Positions 38,807 to 53,163 are shown, counted from the stretch's first letter. The stretch is DNA of 64,000 bases from Octopus vulgaris (GCA_951406725.2 OX597829.1:18848001-18912000), one strand, 5' to 3'. Notes: a model not told the origin generated them from the letters alone. Program-made: numbers and translations.

Positions 38807-39023
38807 ATTCAGTAGTTTTATTTTTATAGCGTGCTTTCACTTCACTACCGAGCACAGCTCTGTGTGCCTTGGGTATGTGCTGTGATTTGTTGTGATGCTC
38901 TGATGGTTATTGTATGGAAAGTGTTCTGCGTAGGATGTGTGCAGTGCCTAGTTGTGCAATTTTCTGTATGTTATATGTGTTTGTAAGTCCTGGTGTTTTT
39001 GTTATGTATTTGTCTGAATATTT
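38807..39023 (-). mobile_element. R4/Dong-like RLE retrotransposon 3' end in (TAA)n
   Basis: KYSDKYITKTPGLTNTYNIQKIAQLGTAHILRRTLSIQ*; (TTA)n on both sides. Confidence 0.75.
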
Positions 39024-40019
39024 TTATTGTTATTATTATTATTATTATTATCATCATCACAAGACTGGTGAGACTGAATGGGTCTATTCTGAATAAGCTT
39101 TTCTAAGCAGGAGGAAAGAAATTGGAAGAGGACACTTTCCCATGCCTTAGAGATGGCAGAGTAATCTGGGGTTTTTGTGTGGGGTTTACCCCAGATTACC
39201 CTAAGTGGACTGCCCCGCTATCGGGGATTCCATTTATTTAGTTATTTATTATTTATTTCTCTACTTTCTATTATATATTCTACTCTCTTTTTACTTGTTT
39301 CAGTCATTTGACTGCTGCCATGCTGGAGCACTGCCTTTAGTTGAGCAAATCGATCCCAGGACTTATTCTTTGTAAGCCTAGTACTTATTCTATCGGTCTC
39401 TTTTGCCGAACCTCGAAGTTACACACCAGCATCGGTTGTCAAGCGATGTTGAGGGGTCAAACACAGACACACAAACATATACACACACACATACATATAT
39501 ATATATACATATATACGACGGGCTTCTTTTCAGTTTCCGTCAACCAAATCCATTCACATGGCTTTGGTGAGCCTGGGGCTATAGTAGAGGACACTTGCCC
39601 AAGGGGCCACACGGTGGGACTGAACCCGGAACCATGTGATTGGCAAGCAAGCTACTTACTACACATCCACTCCTGCGCCTCTCTTATATCCTTTAATGTG
39701 GTAGTATCTCCCCTTGATCGATGTTAACCCCACATGTTTTTGTAATTTTTGTTTTGTTGGTTTTTATTTTGTGTGCTGTAACTTGTCCTTTAATATTGCC
39801 CTGCATGTCTTGGGCCCTTGTGGCCAATAAAAAAAAATCATTATTATCATTATTATTAGTTAAAATTCCACTGAGATTGACTTTGCCTTTTGTCCTTTTG
39901 GGGTAAAAAAAATTAAATACCAGTGAAACACTGGGGTTGATATAATTGACTAGTCCCCTCCCACCAAATTTCAGGCCTTGTACTTTTAGTAGAAAGGATT
40001 ATTATTATTATTATTATTA

Positions 40020-40067
<48 letters not shown>

Positions 40068-40270
40068 TCTAAGGAAGTGAGCTGGCAGAGTCATTAGCTC
40101 GCTGGACGAAATACTTACTGGTATTTCGTCCATTGCTATGTTCTGAGTTCAAATCCAGCCGAGGTTGACTTTGAGGCCAATAAATTAAGCACCAGTGAAA
40201 CACTGAGAGTCAATGTAATCAACTTGTCACCTCCTCCCAAATTTCAGACCTTGTGCCTTTAGTAGAAAGG

Positions 40271-40302
<32 letters not shown>

Positions 40303-40303
<1 letters not shown>

Positions 40304-40748
40304 ATTTTATGCTTGACTTTTGTTTTACATTTGTACAAGTTGGCTCCAAGTCTCACCCAGAGACCTCAAGAGACAACAAGTTGGAAGTTCATGTTGGTGT
40401 TATGCCTAGGGTGCCATATATTTGGTTTTGTACATAGTGTTGTTCTAGAGAATGTTTAAGAAACCATAAGAAAATTATGTTTGTTTTAAAACTTGAGATT
40501 ACATAGAAAGTATTTTGCGTAGGATATGAGCAGTCCCCTGATCACTATCTTTTGAATTTCTGCCATTTTGGGGTTTCCTGGTATCTGAGCTAGGTTACAA
40601 TCAGCCCCTTTTGCTGTCATTCCTAGGGCACCTATTGTTTTAGTCTTCAGGTTCCACATTTTGCTAATTTCTATTTCAAGATCTTTATATTTGCTTAGTT
40701 TTTGGTAGGTCTTGATAGATACATTTATATCGATTGGGATTATTGATA

Positions 40749-40750
<2 letters not shown>
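40303..40750 (-). mobile_element. Second R4/Dong-like family 3' end in (TAA)n
   Basis: IPIDINVSIKTYQKLSKYKDLEIEISKMWNLKTKTIGALG..EIQKIVI/GTAHILRKILSM*; (TTA)n on both sides. Confidence 0.85.
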
Positions 40751-40805
<55 letters not shown>

Positions 40806-41582
40806 TCTTAATTAATGATTAATATGTGTCACTGTGCTAATACGTGTAACTATAGGAATGTACTGTTTTACTGTTGCTAACACTTAAAACAACAACCTTA
40901 TTCATATTCTTGATTAAGCTGGTGGATTTGTCATACGTGATGTTATTTTCTGAGCCAGAACACTATGTTTGTAATTAATGTAAACAATATGAAATTCATA
41001 GAAATTGTGAATAAATGTATTAATAGGACACAAGGAACATATGCCTCCACTGACTGTTCATGTTTCAATGTATATCTGTCTTATATACATTTGTTTCAGT
41101 AGAGGCATAATAATACACACATGCACGTATATGTGCACATGTGAGTGTTTGTATATATATGTGTGTGTGTGTGTGAGTGACTGTGTGCAATATGTGGGAA
41201 GTGACTCAGGCTGTTTTAAACATTATATAGAAAAATTGACCATTGTTTTTATAAAACACATATATGTTTAAAATTAATGCAAGAAATTGTATACCCGGTT
41301 TTTATGGAGTACCCCTGTTAGCTGGTATCAAGTGTATTAATCCTGTGCTTTGTTTGTTTTCTAGCAAATGGCATTGACTTAGATTCTAACTTTTTCCAAA
41401 TTTCAGTACAGAGTGCAGACACAACTATAGAAAGGAAAAGTTAAAAACAAAAGCCTATTAAACCGTTAACATTTAAACTGGTCATATTTGACCCTAATAT
41501 TCTGCTTGTTTTATCTCCAAACTGGCCAGATCCAGCCTCTCACACCTACCCTACAATATCATTCTAAAAATAAACAAATATA

Positions 41583-41963
41583 GGCGCAGGAGTGGCTGTG
41601 TGGTAAGTAGCTTGCTAACCAACCACATGGTTCCGGTTTCAGTCCCACTGCGTGGCATCTTGGGCAAGTGTCTTCTGCTATAGCCCCGGGCCGACCAATG
41701 CCTTGTGAGTGGATTTGGTAGACGGAAACTGAAAGAAGCCTGTCGTATATATGTATATATATATTTATGTGTGTGTGTCTGTGTTTGTCCCCCTAGCATT
41801 GCTTGACAACTGATGCTGGTGTGTTTACGTCCCCGTCACTTAGCGGTTCGGCAAAAGAGACCGATAGAATAAGTACTGGGCTTACAGAGAATAAGTCCCG
41901 GGGTCGATTAAAGGTGGTGCTCCAGCATGGCTGCAGTCAAATGACTGAAACAAGTAAAAGAGT
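41583..41963 (+). mobile_element. SINE-A reference copy, nested in a P2 MITE
   Basis: ggcgcaggagtggctgtgtggtaag (A box), gtttcagtcc (B box-like), ttgggcaagtg, tail gctccagcatggctgcagtcaaatgactgaaacaagtaaaagag. Other copies near 6712, 14820, 24670, 25338, 27960, 33407, 39282, 44745, 45975, 48630, 55170, 56567, 60138, 61810, 62630. Confidence 0.9.
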
Positions 41964-42008
41964 AAACACATCATTGAAATCTCAGAGATTTGAAACAATG
42001 CATAATTG

Positions 42009-42066
<58 letters not shown>

Positions 42067-43469
42067 GACATCATCATCATCATCATCATCAATGTTTAAA
42101 GTCCGCCTTCCATGCTGGCAAGGTTTGGACAGTTTGACTGGAGTCAGATAGGTAAGGAGCCTGCAGCAGACTTTTGTATCTATTTTGGCATGGTTTTTAC
42201 AGCTGATTGCCCTTCCTTACGCTGATCACTCAGTAGAGTGGACTGAGTGCTTTTTACATGGCACCAGCACAAATGAGGTCAGTCTTGGCAAGGCTTTTAC
42301 AGCTAAATGACCTTCCAAATGCCAACCACTTAACAGTGTGGACTGAACTATTACTTTTAACAGAATAATGTGAATGCTAAAAGTTAACCCTTTTGTTAAC
42401 ATATTTCTTATTTCTTTATTGCCCACAAGGGGCTAAACATAGAGGGGACAAACCAAGACAGACAAAGGAATAAAGTCGGTTACATCGACCCCAGTGCATA
42501 ACTGGTACTTAATTTATCAACCCCACAAAGATGAAAGACAAAGTCGACCTCGGCGGAATTTGAACTCAGAACATAACAGCTGACGAAATACTGCTAAGCA
42601 TTTCACCCGGTGTGCTAACAATTCTGCCAGCTTGCCGCCTAAACATATTTTGTTAATATCTTTCTGTTGAAATATATTACTGCTTTTGTTTTAATTAATT
42701 TTGTAGAATTTTGTAAAATAATTTTACCATTATTGAGCTGGTATTCAGAATATAAACTAACATGGAATTTTGATGGGCGATTTTCATTTAGATCACGAAA
42801 AATTTAGTAAAACAACTTTGTCATTATTAAGTTGGCATTTGGAAAATAAATTAACATGTAATTTTTGATAGAAAGTTTTAATTTAATTCACTTTAAAACA
42901 AAGTTTTTATCATAGAAACAGGTGTAGTTTTTTATAAAACAGGTTGAAGATCTTGTTCAAGTTCTTTACAGAAACTTCTACATTACTTTTGTTGTTAAAA
43001 CACCAGGTTAAACCCTACTATGTAGACCAATGTTTAAAATCATTCCAGCCCTATCTAAACAGTTTCTCTTATTCTTTTATTGTTTTCTATCTAGAATTAT
43101 AATGTTTAATGTATTCTCCCATTATTTTTAAATGACTTAGACAGAGGAGGAAGTGTAACATCCACTGATCTGTTTTGGGGGTCTCTGAAACTGGTGAGAG
43201 GGAGGGAAGTTCCCATGAAAATTTTCAGAATCTCCAAGACTGCTGGGCGAAAGCTATCTTCAGACAAAAGATTATGTCTGAATGCTTCTAACAAAAAGGG
43301 ATTTTTAAAGGTACTTACTGAAGTGCAAAAGGATGGTATTAAACCAGGTAACACAATGAAGTGTACCATCCCAGTAGAGGAATGGTTTCTTCAGTCGTCT
43401 CCCACATGGGTTTTGTCAACTAAATTTCACTCACAAACCTTTGTTCGACTACAAAAGGTGTTTCATTTC

Positions 43470-43667
43470 TATTTCTTTTACTGCCCACAAGGGGCTACAC
43501 ACAGAGGAGACAAACAAGGACAGACAAATGGATTAAGTCAATTACATCGACTCCAGTGCATGACTGGTACTTATTTAATCGACCCTGAAAGGATAAAAGG
43601 CAAAGTTGACCTCAACGGAATTTGAACTCAGAACAGCGTGCTAACGTTTCTGCCAGCTCGCCGCCTT
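43470..43667 (-). mobile_element. SINE-B with 16-bp TSD, inserted in a mariner remnant
   Basis: aaaggtgtttcatttc at 43454-43469 and 43668-43683. Confidence 0.9.
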
Positions 43668-44031
43668 AAAGGTGTTTCATTTCATTAGAACAATGCTGTA
43701 GCACACAAGTCCTTGCTTTCAATGGCTGCTGTGTGTAACTGGTTGATCACCATCCCTATTCACCTGGTTTGGCCCTATCTGACCATCATCTATTCTCCAA
43801 CATAAACATTAAAAAGACATTTGATTGGGAACCATTATCACAGTGATGATGATGTCATATCTGCTGTTGATGTCTTTTATGACTAACAGGATGAAAGCTT
43901 CTTCGCCAATGAGATCCAAGAGCTGCAATACCAATGGTGGGGGGGGGGCTATGTAAAAAAATGAACCTTATTTGGTCATATTCAACGAGAATATCTTGGT
44001 CAGGATATGAACTTTTCAGCTGACTCTTGTA
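43668..44031 (+). mobile_element. Mariner transposase C-terminal remnant with right TIR
   Basis: KGVSFH*NNAVAHKS..LVDHHPYSPGLALSDHHLF..YHSDDDVISAV (YSPDLAPSD motif); ends atgaacttttcagctgactcttgTA. Confidence 0.85.
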
Positions 44032-45691
44032 GAAACTTGACTTTTGAAATGTAAACCCAAAGTCTCATGCAAGTGGAATCTAATTTGAGCATCATACTTG
44101 TAAAGCAAGATGGCAGCTTCAGGTAATTTGAGAGGAATTTAGTTGTTACTTTGAGTAGATCAAGCAACAATGTAGCAGATTCTTTGTTGACTAGATACCA
44201 GTTTAGTAAATAGTAGTGGAGTTGCCATAAAAAAAAAAACATTTTTTAACAGCACCATTACAACTCATTTTTTTGTTTCCTCCTCCTCCTCCTCCTCCTT
44301 CTTCTTCTTCTTTGTCTACTCCTCTTCTTCTTCTTCTTTGTCTCCTCCTCCTTCTCCTCCTCCTCCTCCTCTTCTTCTTCTTCTTCTTCTTTGTCTACTC
44401 CTCCTCCTCTTCTTCTGATTCTTCCATGTCTCCTCCTCCTCTTCTTCTTCTTCTTCTTCTTTGTCTACTCCTCCTCCTCTTCTTCTGATTCTTCTTTGTC
44501 TCCTCCTCCTTCTCCTCCTCCTCCTCATCTTCTTCTTCTTCTTATTCTTCTTTGTCTTCTTCACCCCCCCCCCTGCTCCCCATCTTCCTCATTTCCTCCA
44601 CAATCAGTGGTTGGCTGTACTACAAAGGAAGTTAGCCTGAGCTGGTTTGAATTCAGTTGAACCAAGTAAACAATAGCACTGACAATTGCACTCACTTCTC
44701 ACATAGATGACAGAACGAATTATTGAAAACTTTTGATTGATATAGGTGCAGGCATGGCTGTGTGATAAGAAGCCTGCTTCCCAATCACATGGTTCTGGGT
44801 TCAGTCTCACTGTGTGTGCCACCTTGGGCAAGTGTCTTTTACTTTGGCCCCAAGCCAACCAAAGCCTTGTGAGTGGATATGGTAGATAGAAGTGGAAGAA
44901 GCCTGCCATATATGCATGTGTGTGTGTGTGCATGTGTGTGTGTGTGTTTGTGTGCATGTGTGTATTGTGTATATGTGCGTGTGTTTGTGCTTATGTGTAC
45001 GTATGTGTGTGTTTGTGTGTGCTTGTGTCTGTATTTGTTCTCTAACACTGCTTGACAACTGATGTTGGTGTGTTAATCTTCCTATAACTTAACAGTTCAG
45101 CAAAAGAGACTGATAGAACAAATGCCAATCTTTTAAAAAAATAAGTACTAGTGTTGATTCTTCAACTAAAGATTCTTCAAGGCGGTGCTCCAGCAGGGCC
45201 ACAGTCTACTGACTGACACATACAAAACAACAATAAACGATAAAAGAACTCGGATTATCCATGCAAAAGATTTCCCAGGACAGATTAAAAAATCTGGGAA
45301 AATAAAAAACAAAGAAAATAGCAAAATCAGTCATCATCATCATCATCATCATCATTTAAAATCCATTTTCCTTGCTGGCATGGGTTAAATGGTTTGAATT
45401 GAGCTGGTAAGCCAGAGAGCTGCACAAGACTCCAGTCGCCTGTTTTGCCTTGGTTTCTATGGCTGGATGCCCTTCTTAACACCAACCACTTTACAAAATG
45501 TACTGGATGTCTTTAACGTGTAACTGGCATGGGTACCCTTTTACATGTCACTGGCACAGGGACCTTTTATGTGCCACCAGCACAGGTGCCTTTCACATGA
45601 CACCTGTACTGGCCATAACTTCACTTAGCTTGATACATCTCACACAGCAAATCACTGTGCTTTTTATCCCAGATCATATGTGGAAGCTAAA

Positions 45692-45963
45692 ATGATTGCA
45701 GCACGGAATGCATGTGTCAGCCACTCCAAAACACGTAAAGACCTTGAACTTCAGCTAAACACGTATCGTTTGTAGTATAATGTCAAAATTTTCATCACTC
45801 AAAACTACAAACATGTCACTGACAACATAGTTGCACTTCTGTTTTGAGTGACAGCGATTTTAACACCTTATTATTTATAAACAATAAATGTCTCAGTGAA
45901 GTTAAGTTGTTGTTTTTTTTGTTTTTTTTTCGAGTGGGTATGTGACTTCCGTGCTACAGTCAT
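45692..45963. mobile_element. Old MITE-like element with long degenerate inverted arms
   Basis: atgattgcagcacggaa/ttccgtgctacagtcat, ccactc/gagtgg, aacttca/tgaagtt, tcactcaaaac/gttttgagtga. Confidence 0.65.
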
Positions 45964-46200
45964 CCTATTCATTTATTCTTTTATTTGTTTCAGTCATTTG
46001 ACTGTGGCCATGCTGGAACACCACCTTTAGTCGATCAAATCGACCCCAGGACTTATTCTTTGTAAGCCTAGTACTTAGTCTAACGGTCACTTTTGCTGAA
46101 CTGCTAAGTTACGGGGGACGTAAACACACCTGCATCAGTTGTCAAGCGATGTTGCGGGGGACAAACACAGACACACACATACACACACACACACCACACA

Positions 46201-46262
<62 letters not shown>

Positions 46263-46807
46263 GTATATACATACATACATATATATCAATAATAATAGTT
46301 ATTGCTTCTTATTAGGAACAAGAGGGTTAATAGAACTGCAAGAGAAATGCTCAAGTAAATGGGACGAGTATAACAATTTTTGGTTGTAGAATAAACAACA
46401 AATTTAAGGTCATCCACTTAACATATCACATCTCGAACATTTAATCACATATAAAGAAACATAATGCTTTTTCTTATACATAGAATACAGATGCACAAAA
46501 TTACAAAAGATGAAACAATATTTCATTTAGACAAGCATATAGAAAAAAGTGAGTACAGTCTATCGCGATATAAAAAATTCTAAAAATTAATACTTCAGCA
46601 TCTAAAAAAATTTTTTACATTATAAAACCTAGAATAATAAATATATAAAAATATAAAAATACGTATATATAAGAAACATATAAATACATAAGGTATAGAT
46701 AAAGGTTCATCAATTAAGAATTTTTTATGATTAAAATTTACTTTTTAAGATAAAAGGAAACCTTTTAAGAAAAGCCAGTGTCCAAGCAAATAAAACCATA
46801 ATTACAG

Positions 46808-46887
46808 TCCCTATGGCCATTTCAGCGGTTCATCAATGTAGCCCATGCACGAGGGTGCATTACAGTAATGACTCCTTCATCAGGGGA
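46808..46887 (-). ncRNA. Type-I hammerhead ribozyme motif, intact core
   Basis: TCCC-CTGATGA-[long stem II capped by ATGCAC-cctc-GTGCAT]-GAAA-TGGCCA-TA-GGGA. Confidence 0.75.
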
Positions 46888-47295
46888 AAATAATAATACC
46901 GCATATCAAGATGAGAAATCCTTGGGAAAAGCGATGCAACATTGCGGTTTTTTTTTTGCTTGGACACTGGCTTTTCTTAAAAGATTTTCTTTTATATTAA
47001 AAAGTAACTTTTAATTGTAAAAAATTCTTAATCGATGAACTTTTATCTATACCTTATGTATTTATATGTTTCTTATATATACGTATTTTTATATATTTAT
47101 TATTGTAGGTTTTATAATGTAAAAAATTTCTTAGACGCTGAAGTATTAATTTTTAGAATTTTTTATATTGCGATAGACTGTACTCACTTTTTTCTATATG
47201 CTTGTCTAAATGAAATATTGTTTCATCTTCTGTGATTTTGTGCATCTGTATTCTATGTATAAGAAAAAGCATTATGTTTCTTTATATGTGATTAA

Positions 47296-47516
47296 CCCTT
47301 TCGTTACTGTATTTATTTTGAGATGCTCTGTGTTTCTTTCAATTATTTTAAATATAACAAAGAATTTAGTAAAATAACTTAGTTATCATTCAGCTAGTGT
47401 TAGGTATATAAATTGCGACTAAGGTTTGGTGGAAGATTTTAATGCAAAACTTATGAAAACAAGACATTTGTACTACAGAGCCAGAGCCGGTTTTAGCCGG
47501 GTTGGTAACGAAAGGG
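47296..47516. mobile_element. piggyBac-type MITE family P1 (221 bp)
   Basis: TTAA TSD (47292-95, 47517-20); perfect 12-bp TIR CCCTTTCGTTAC/GTAACGAAAGGG; empty TTAA site in the opposite arm; decayed relatives near 8255-8394 and 42388-42948. Confidence 0.95.
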
Positions 47517-47596
47517 TTAAATGTTCGAGATGTGATATGTCAAGTGGATGACCTTAAATTTGTTGCTTGTTCTACAACCAAAGTTAGTTACATACA

Positions 47597-47644
<48 letters not shown>

Positions 47645-48024
47645 ATGTATATATGTATATATACGATAAACTTCTTTCAGTTTCTGTCTACCAAATCCAA
47701 TCACAAGGCTTTGGTAGGCCCGAAGCTATAGCTGATCTTGAGAAAGTCTCATCTCTGTTGAGACTCTTGCTTTTGGTTTTCTACAATTCTCTTTGCTTTA
47801 TAGTTGTTTCTGGAGAGATTACATCTTTTCTTTGGTAGCATCTTTCAATAATGTAAACAAAAAATTGTGAACATAGAAAAAAATTATACATTAAACTCTT
47901 ATTTAGTTGTATGTATGTAGTATGAACAATATTATAGTCTTATCAAATGTGAAAGAATAAAGTGAAACAATATTATAGTGTTATCAAAAGTGAAACAATA
48001 TTACACCACTAAAAAAAAAAATTG

Positions 48025-48300
48025 GAAGAGTCGTATAGTGGGTGGGGTGCAGCCCCCTATATGGGCAAGGGCCAAAATTTGACCACTTAGAATCTTCCCC
48101 GAGTAATGAAAAACCTTCATGCCAAATTTGGTATTATACCATTGAAAAAAAAGTTTAAAAAGTCATATAGTGGTGGGGGCTACAGACCCCTATATAGGCT
48201 AGGGCCAAAATTTGATGCTCCTAGAACCTTCCTGGAATAATGAAAAATCTTCATACCAAATTTGGTACAGATTGATCCACTGGTTTGGGCGTGCACAGTG
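48025..48300 (+). mobile_element. HINE-like tandem fragment (two ~135-bp units)
   Basis: agtc.tatagtgg..ccccctatat..gggccaaaatttga..cttcat.ccaaatttggta repeated. Confidence 0.4.
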
Positions 48301-48868
48301 AATTTCATAATATATCAGATCAGATCATATATATATATATATACACACACACTCATACACACACATACACACACACACAAATACACAGAAGAATAATCAC
48401 ACTCTGTTACTCTTTTACCTCTTATTCATCTGTTACTTGTCGGAGTCATTATTCTACCAAATCCACACTGAAAGTTTTGATCAGCTTGTCCAAGGTGCTG
48501 CAGAGTTGGATTGAACCCAAGACCGGCCACATCCACATGGGGTTGAACATGATATGGCATAAGCAATGTAGGCTTTTTGCCCATGCAAATGTTTCTATGC
48601 TTCCATGGGAATATGTCTTTATAAACACATTCTTTTATTCTTTTACTTGCTTCAGTCATTTGACTGCAGCCATGCTGGAGCACTGCCTTGAAGGGTTTTA
48701 GTTGAAGAAATTGACCTCAGGACTTATTCTTTGTAAGCCTAATATTTATTCTATCAGTTTCTTTTGCCGAACTGCTAAGTTACAGGGACATAAACACATC
48801 AGCATCGGTTGCCAAGCAATGGTAGGACAAAAACAGACACAAAGACACAAACATAAATATATATATAT

Positions 48869-48961
<93 letters not shown>

Positions 48962-48963
48962 GT

Positions 48964-49284
48964 GAAGGCACATGGCTCAGTGGTTAGAGTGTCGAGCTTA
49001 CGATTGCGAGGTTGTGAGTTCGAATCCCAGACCAGGCTGTGTGTTGTGTTTTTGAGCAAGACACTTTATTTCACGTTGCTCCACTTCACTCAGCTGTAGA
49101 AATGAGTTGTGACGTCACAGGTGCCAAGCTGTATCAGCCTTTGCCTTTCCCTTGGATAACCCTGCGACATGGTGAGGAGAGGCTGGTATACATGGGCGAC
49201 TGCTGGTCTTCCATAAACAACCTTGTCTGGGAGGGTAATTTCCTAGGTGCAATCCCATGGTCAGTCATGACCAAAGGGGGTCTC
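48964..49284 (+). mobile_element. SINE-C nested in the (TA)n of a SINE-A
   Basis: A box tggctcagtgg, B box gttcgaatcc, CORE-like ttgagcaagacactttatttcac; SINE-A halves at 48630-48860 and 49315-49475. Confidence 0.9.
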
Positions 49285-49679
49285 GGCATATATATATATA
49301 TATATATGTGTATATAAACAATGGGCTTTCAGTTTCCATCTACCAAATCCACTCACAAGGCTCTGGTCTGCCCGAAGATATAGTAAAAGACATTTGCCCA
49401 AGGTGCCACGCTGTGAAATGAGAACCTAGAACAATGTGGTTGGGAAGCAAGCTTCTTATCACACAGCTACACCTGTATATTTATAAAATTAAACAACAAC
49501 AACAACAAGCTTAACAACAACAAGCAAACAATAACTAATGAAAATGTTTTTCTTGTTTTTTAATTAGAAATAATTAAATATGAATTAAATTTAGAGTGAG
49601 TGATGACAAGAAATAGGAAAGTTTGCCAATAAAAGTTTGTTCTGAGTAAACAAAATAAACAAAAAGACAACTGAGCTGC

Positions 49680-50935
<1,256 letters not shown>

Positions 50936-51781
50936 CTATGGAATCCAATTAAATGGCCACCACTACAGCATAGTATTGTATCAAGATAGAAACAAATTAA
51001 CATATGCAGCATGCACGTATCAGGTTGTGATTGTTTAGCCCTAGGCCAGCCATGGTTTCATAGCTGTGATCTTGTTATCTTACCCTCCAGGCAAAGTGTA
51101 GTTTATATTTAAAGTCCCATAGTCCAAAATGAATCTGTCGATTTTTTTTTTGATTTTTTCTTTTGTTTTTGTTAAAGACAGTAAGGGTGTAATCTAAGAG
51201 AAATTTAGCTGTTGTTTCTAGCGTGTTAACTGAGCACATAGACACATCGTTGTCTATGTCAATAATTTCTCCCAACGCTTTTATGCCCCACCCCCCACCG
51301 CACAACCTAAGAAACGTTTGATTAATTTTCGCACCCCTTACAAAACTAATATCACATTTGAAGATGGAAAGGGGGGTGGGTGAGAGAGAAAAAACACAGG
51401 AAAAACAAAACGTAAAAAAAAGGGGGGAAAAAAAAAATCAATTTTCTAATAACTAATTTATTTTCTAAATTGAACCACATATTGTTCGCTCACTGTATTG
51501 TGGGTGAATAAATTGAACTAAAAAAAAAAAAAAAATTAAGCTTTTGATTCAGTGTATAAAATGCTAATGTAAACTTAGAATTTGGAAAGAAGGAAAGAAA
51601 AAAAAAAGAAGAAGAAAACAAAGCAATAAACAGTGAAATCATTCACAACTGTGAACAAAGTTCAACGTCTTCTTTGTTCCTGCTTTTCATTCATGACTTT
51701 ATTCAATTACAGAACTTTGCTGCTGATTGCAATCCACAGATCTGCTTGTGGGTTTAGGCAGTTCCAAGATTTTTGTCGTGG

Positions 51782-52870
51782 TGAAGGTGTGTGGGCTTAA
51801 TGGTTAGGGTATTCAACTTGTGATTATAAGGTCGTGAGTTCAATTCCCAGCGATGTGTTGTGTCCTTGAACAAGACGCTTTATTTCACATTAGTCCAGTC
51901 CACTCAACTGGCAAAAATGAGTTGTACCTGTATTTCAAAGGACCAACCTTGTAATACTCTGTGTCAGTGCTGAATCTCCCTGAGAATTACGTTAAAGGTA
52001 CATGTGTCTGTGGAGTACTCAGCCACTTGCTTATTAATTTCACGAGCAAGCTGTTCCATTGATCATATCAACTGGAACCCTCTTTGTGGGGATGCATGGC
52101 TTAATGGTCAGGAGATTCGGCACACGGTCATAAGATCATGAGTTTGATTCCCAAGAGTACATTGTATCCTTGAGCAAGACACTTTATTTCACATTGTTTC
52201 TAGTCCATTGAGCTGGCAAAAAATGAGTCATACCTGTATTTCAAAGGGCCAGCCTTGTCACACACTCTGTGCCATGCTGAATCTCCATGAGAACTACGTT
52301 AAGGGCACACGTGTCTGTGGAGTACTCAGCCACTTGCACATTAATTTCACAAGCAGGCTGTTCCTTTGATCATATCAAACAGGACCCTCTTTGTGAAGAT
52401 GCATGGCTTAATGGTTAGGGGTATTAGGCCCATGGTTGTTAGATCCTGAGTTTAATACTTGGCAACACATTGCATCCTTGAGCAAGACCCTTTATTTCAC
52501 ATCGTTCCAGTCCACTCAGCTCGCAAAAATGAGTTGTACCTATTTTTCAAAAGGATCAGCCTTGTCACTCTCTGTGTCATGTTGGATCTCCTTAAGTACC
52601 ATGTTAAGGGTACATGTGTCTGTGGAGTACTCAGCCACTTGCATGTTAATTCCATGAGTAGACTGTTCCATTGATTGGATCAGCTGGAACCCTCTCAAAC
52701 AGTCAAACTCATCACATTCTGTGTCATCCTGAATCTCCCTGAGAACTATGTTAAGGTCATGCATGACTATGAAGTACTCAGCCATTTGCACATTAATTTC
52801 ACGAGCAGGCTGTTCCGTTGATCAAATCATGTAGGACCCATGTTGTCATTACTGAAAGAGTACCAGTAGA
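51782..52870 (+). mobile_element. Head-to-tail array of three SINE-D copies plus a partial copy
   Basis: ~305-bp period; each has ggcttaatggt, a CORE-like domain and tail acctgtatttcaaagg..tgtctgtggagtactcagccacttgc..ggaaccctct; another copy at 55865-56133. Confidence 0.9.
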
Positions 52871-53163
52871 CTTTGTCTTGATTGACAAAAGCAAACCAAA
52901 TCTAGATTCACTTTTAGTCTATCATCACAAATAGAATAAGGACACAAGTTGTGGTTCACAACTTCTTAAATCTCCAGGTGTTGGATGATTAAGTTATTCT
53001 TGCGCTTAATAGACTAAAGTAAACCTTCAGCTTGTTTCAGTCATTAGACTGCAGCCATGCTGAAGCAGTGCCTTGAAGAAATTTTAGTTGGATGAATTGA
53101 ACCCAGTACTGTCTGTTTGACTGTATCTGTCTATCTTTCTGGCTGTCTCTGTCTGTCTGTCTG

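Larger units (their letters stand above)
46371..47590. mobile_element. Fold-back element with ~430-bp inverted arms and a hammerhead-containing loop
   Basis: 46371-46797 is complementary to 46946-47590 once the nested MITE is removed; arms diverged by roughly 10% by eye. Confidence 0.9.

Noticed and set aside
48964-49035. tRNA gene
   Set aside because: A/B boxes present but no acceptor stem, and it continues into a SINE body; same for 35255-35329 and 41583-41655
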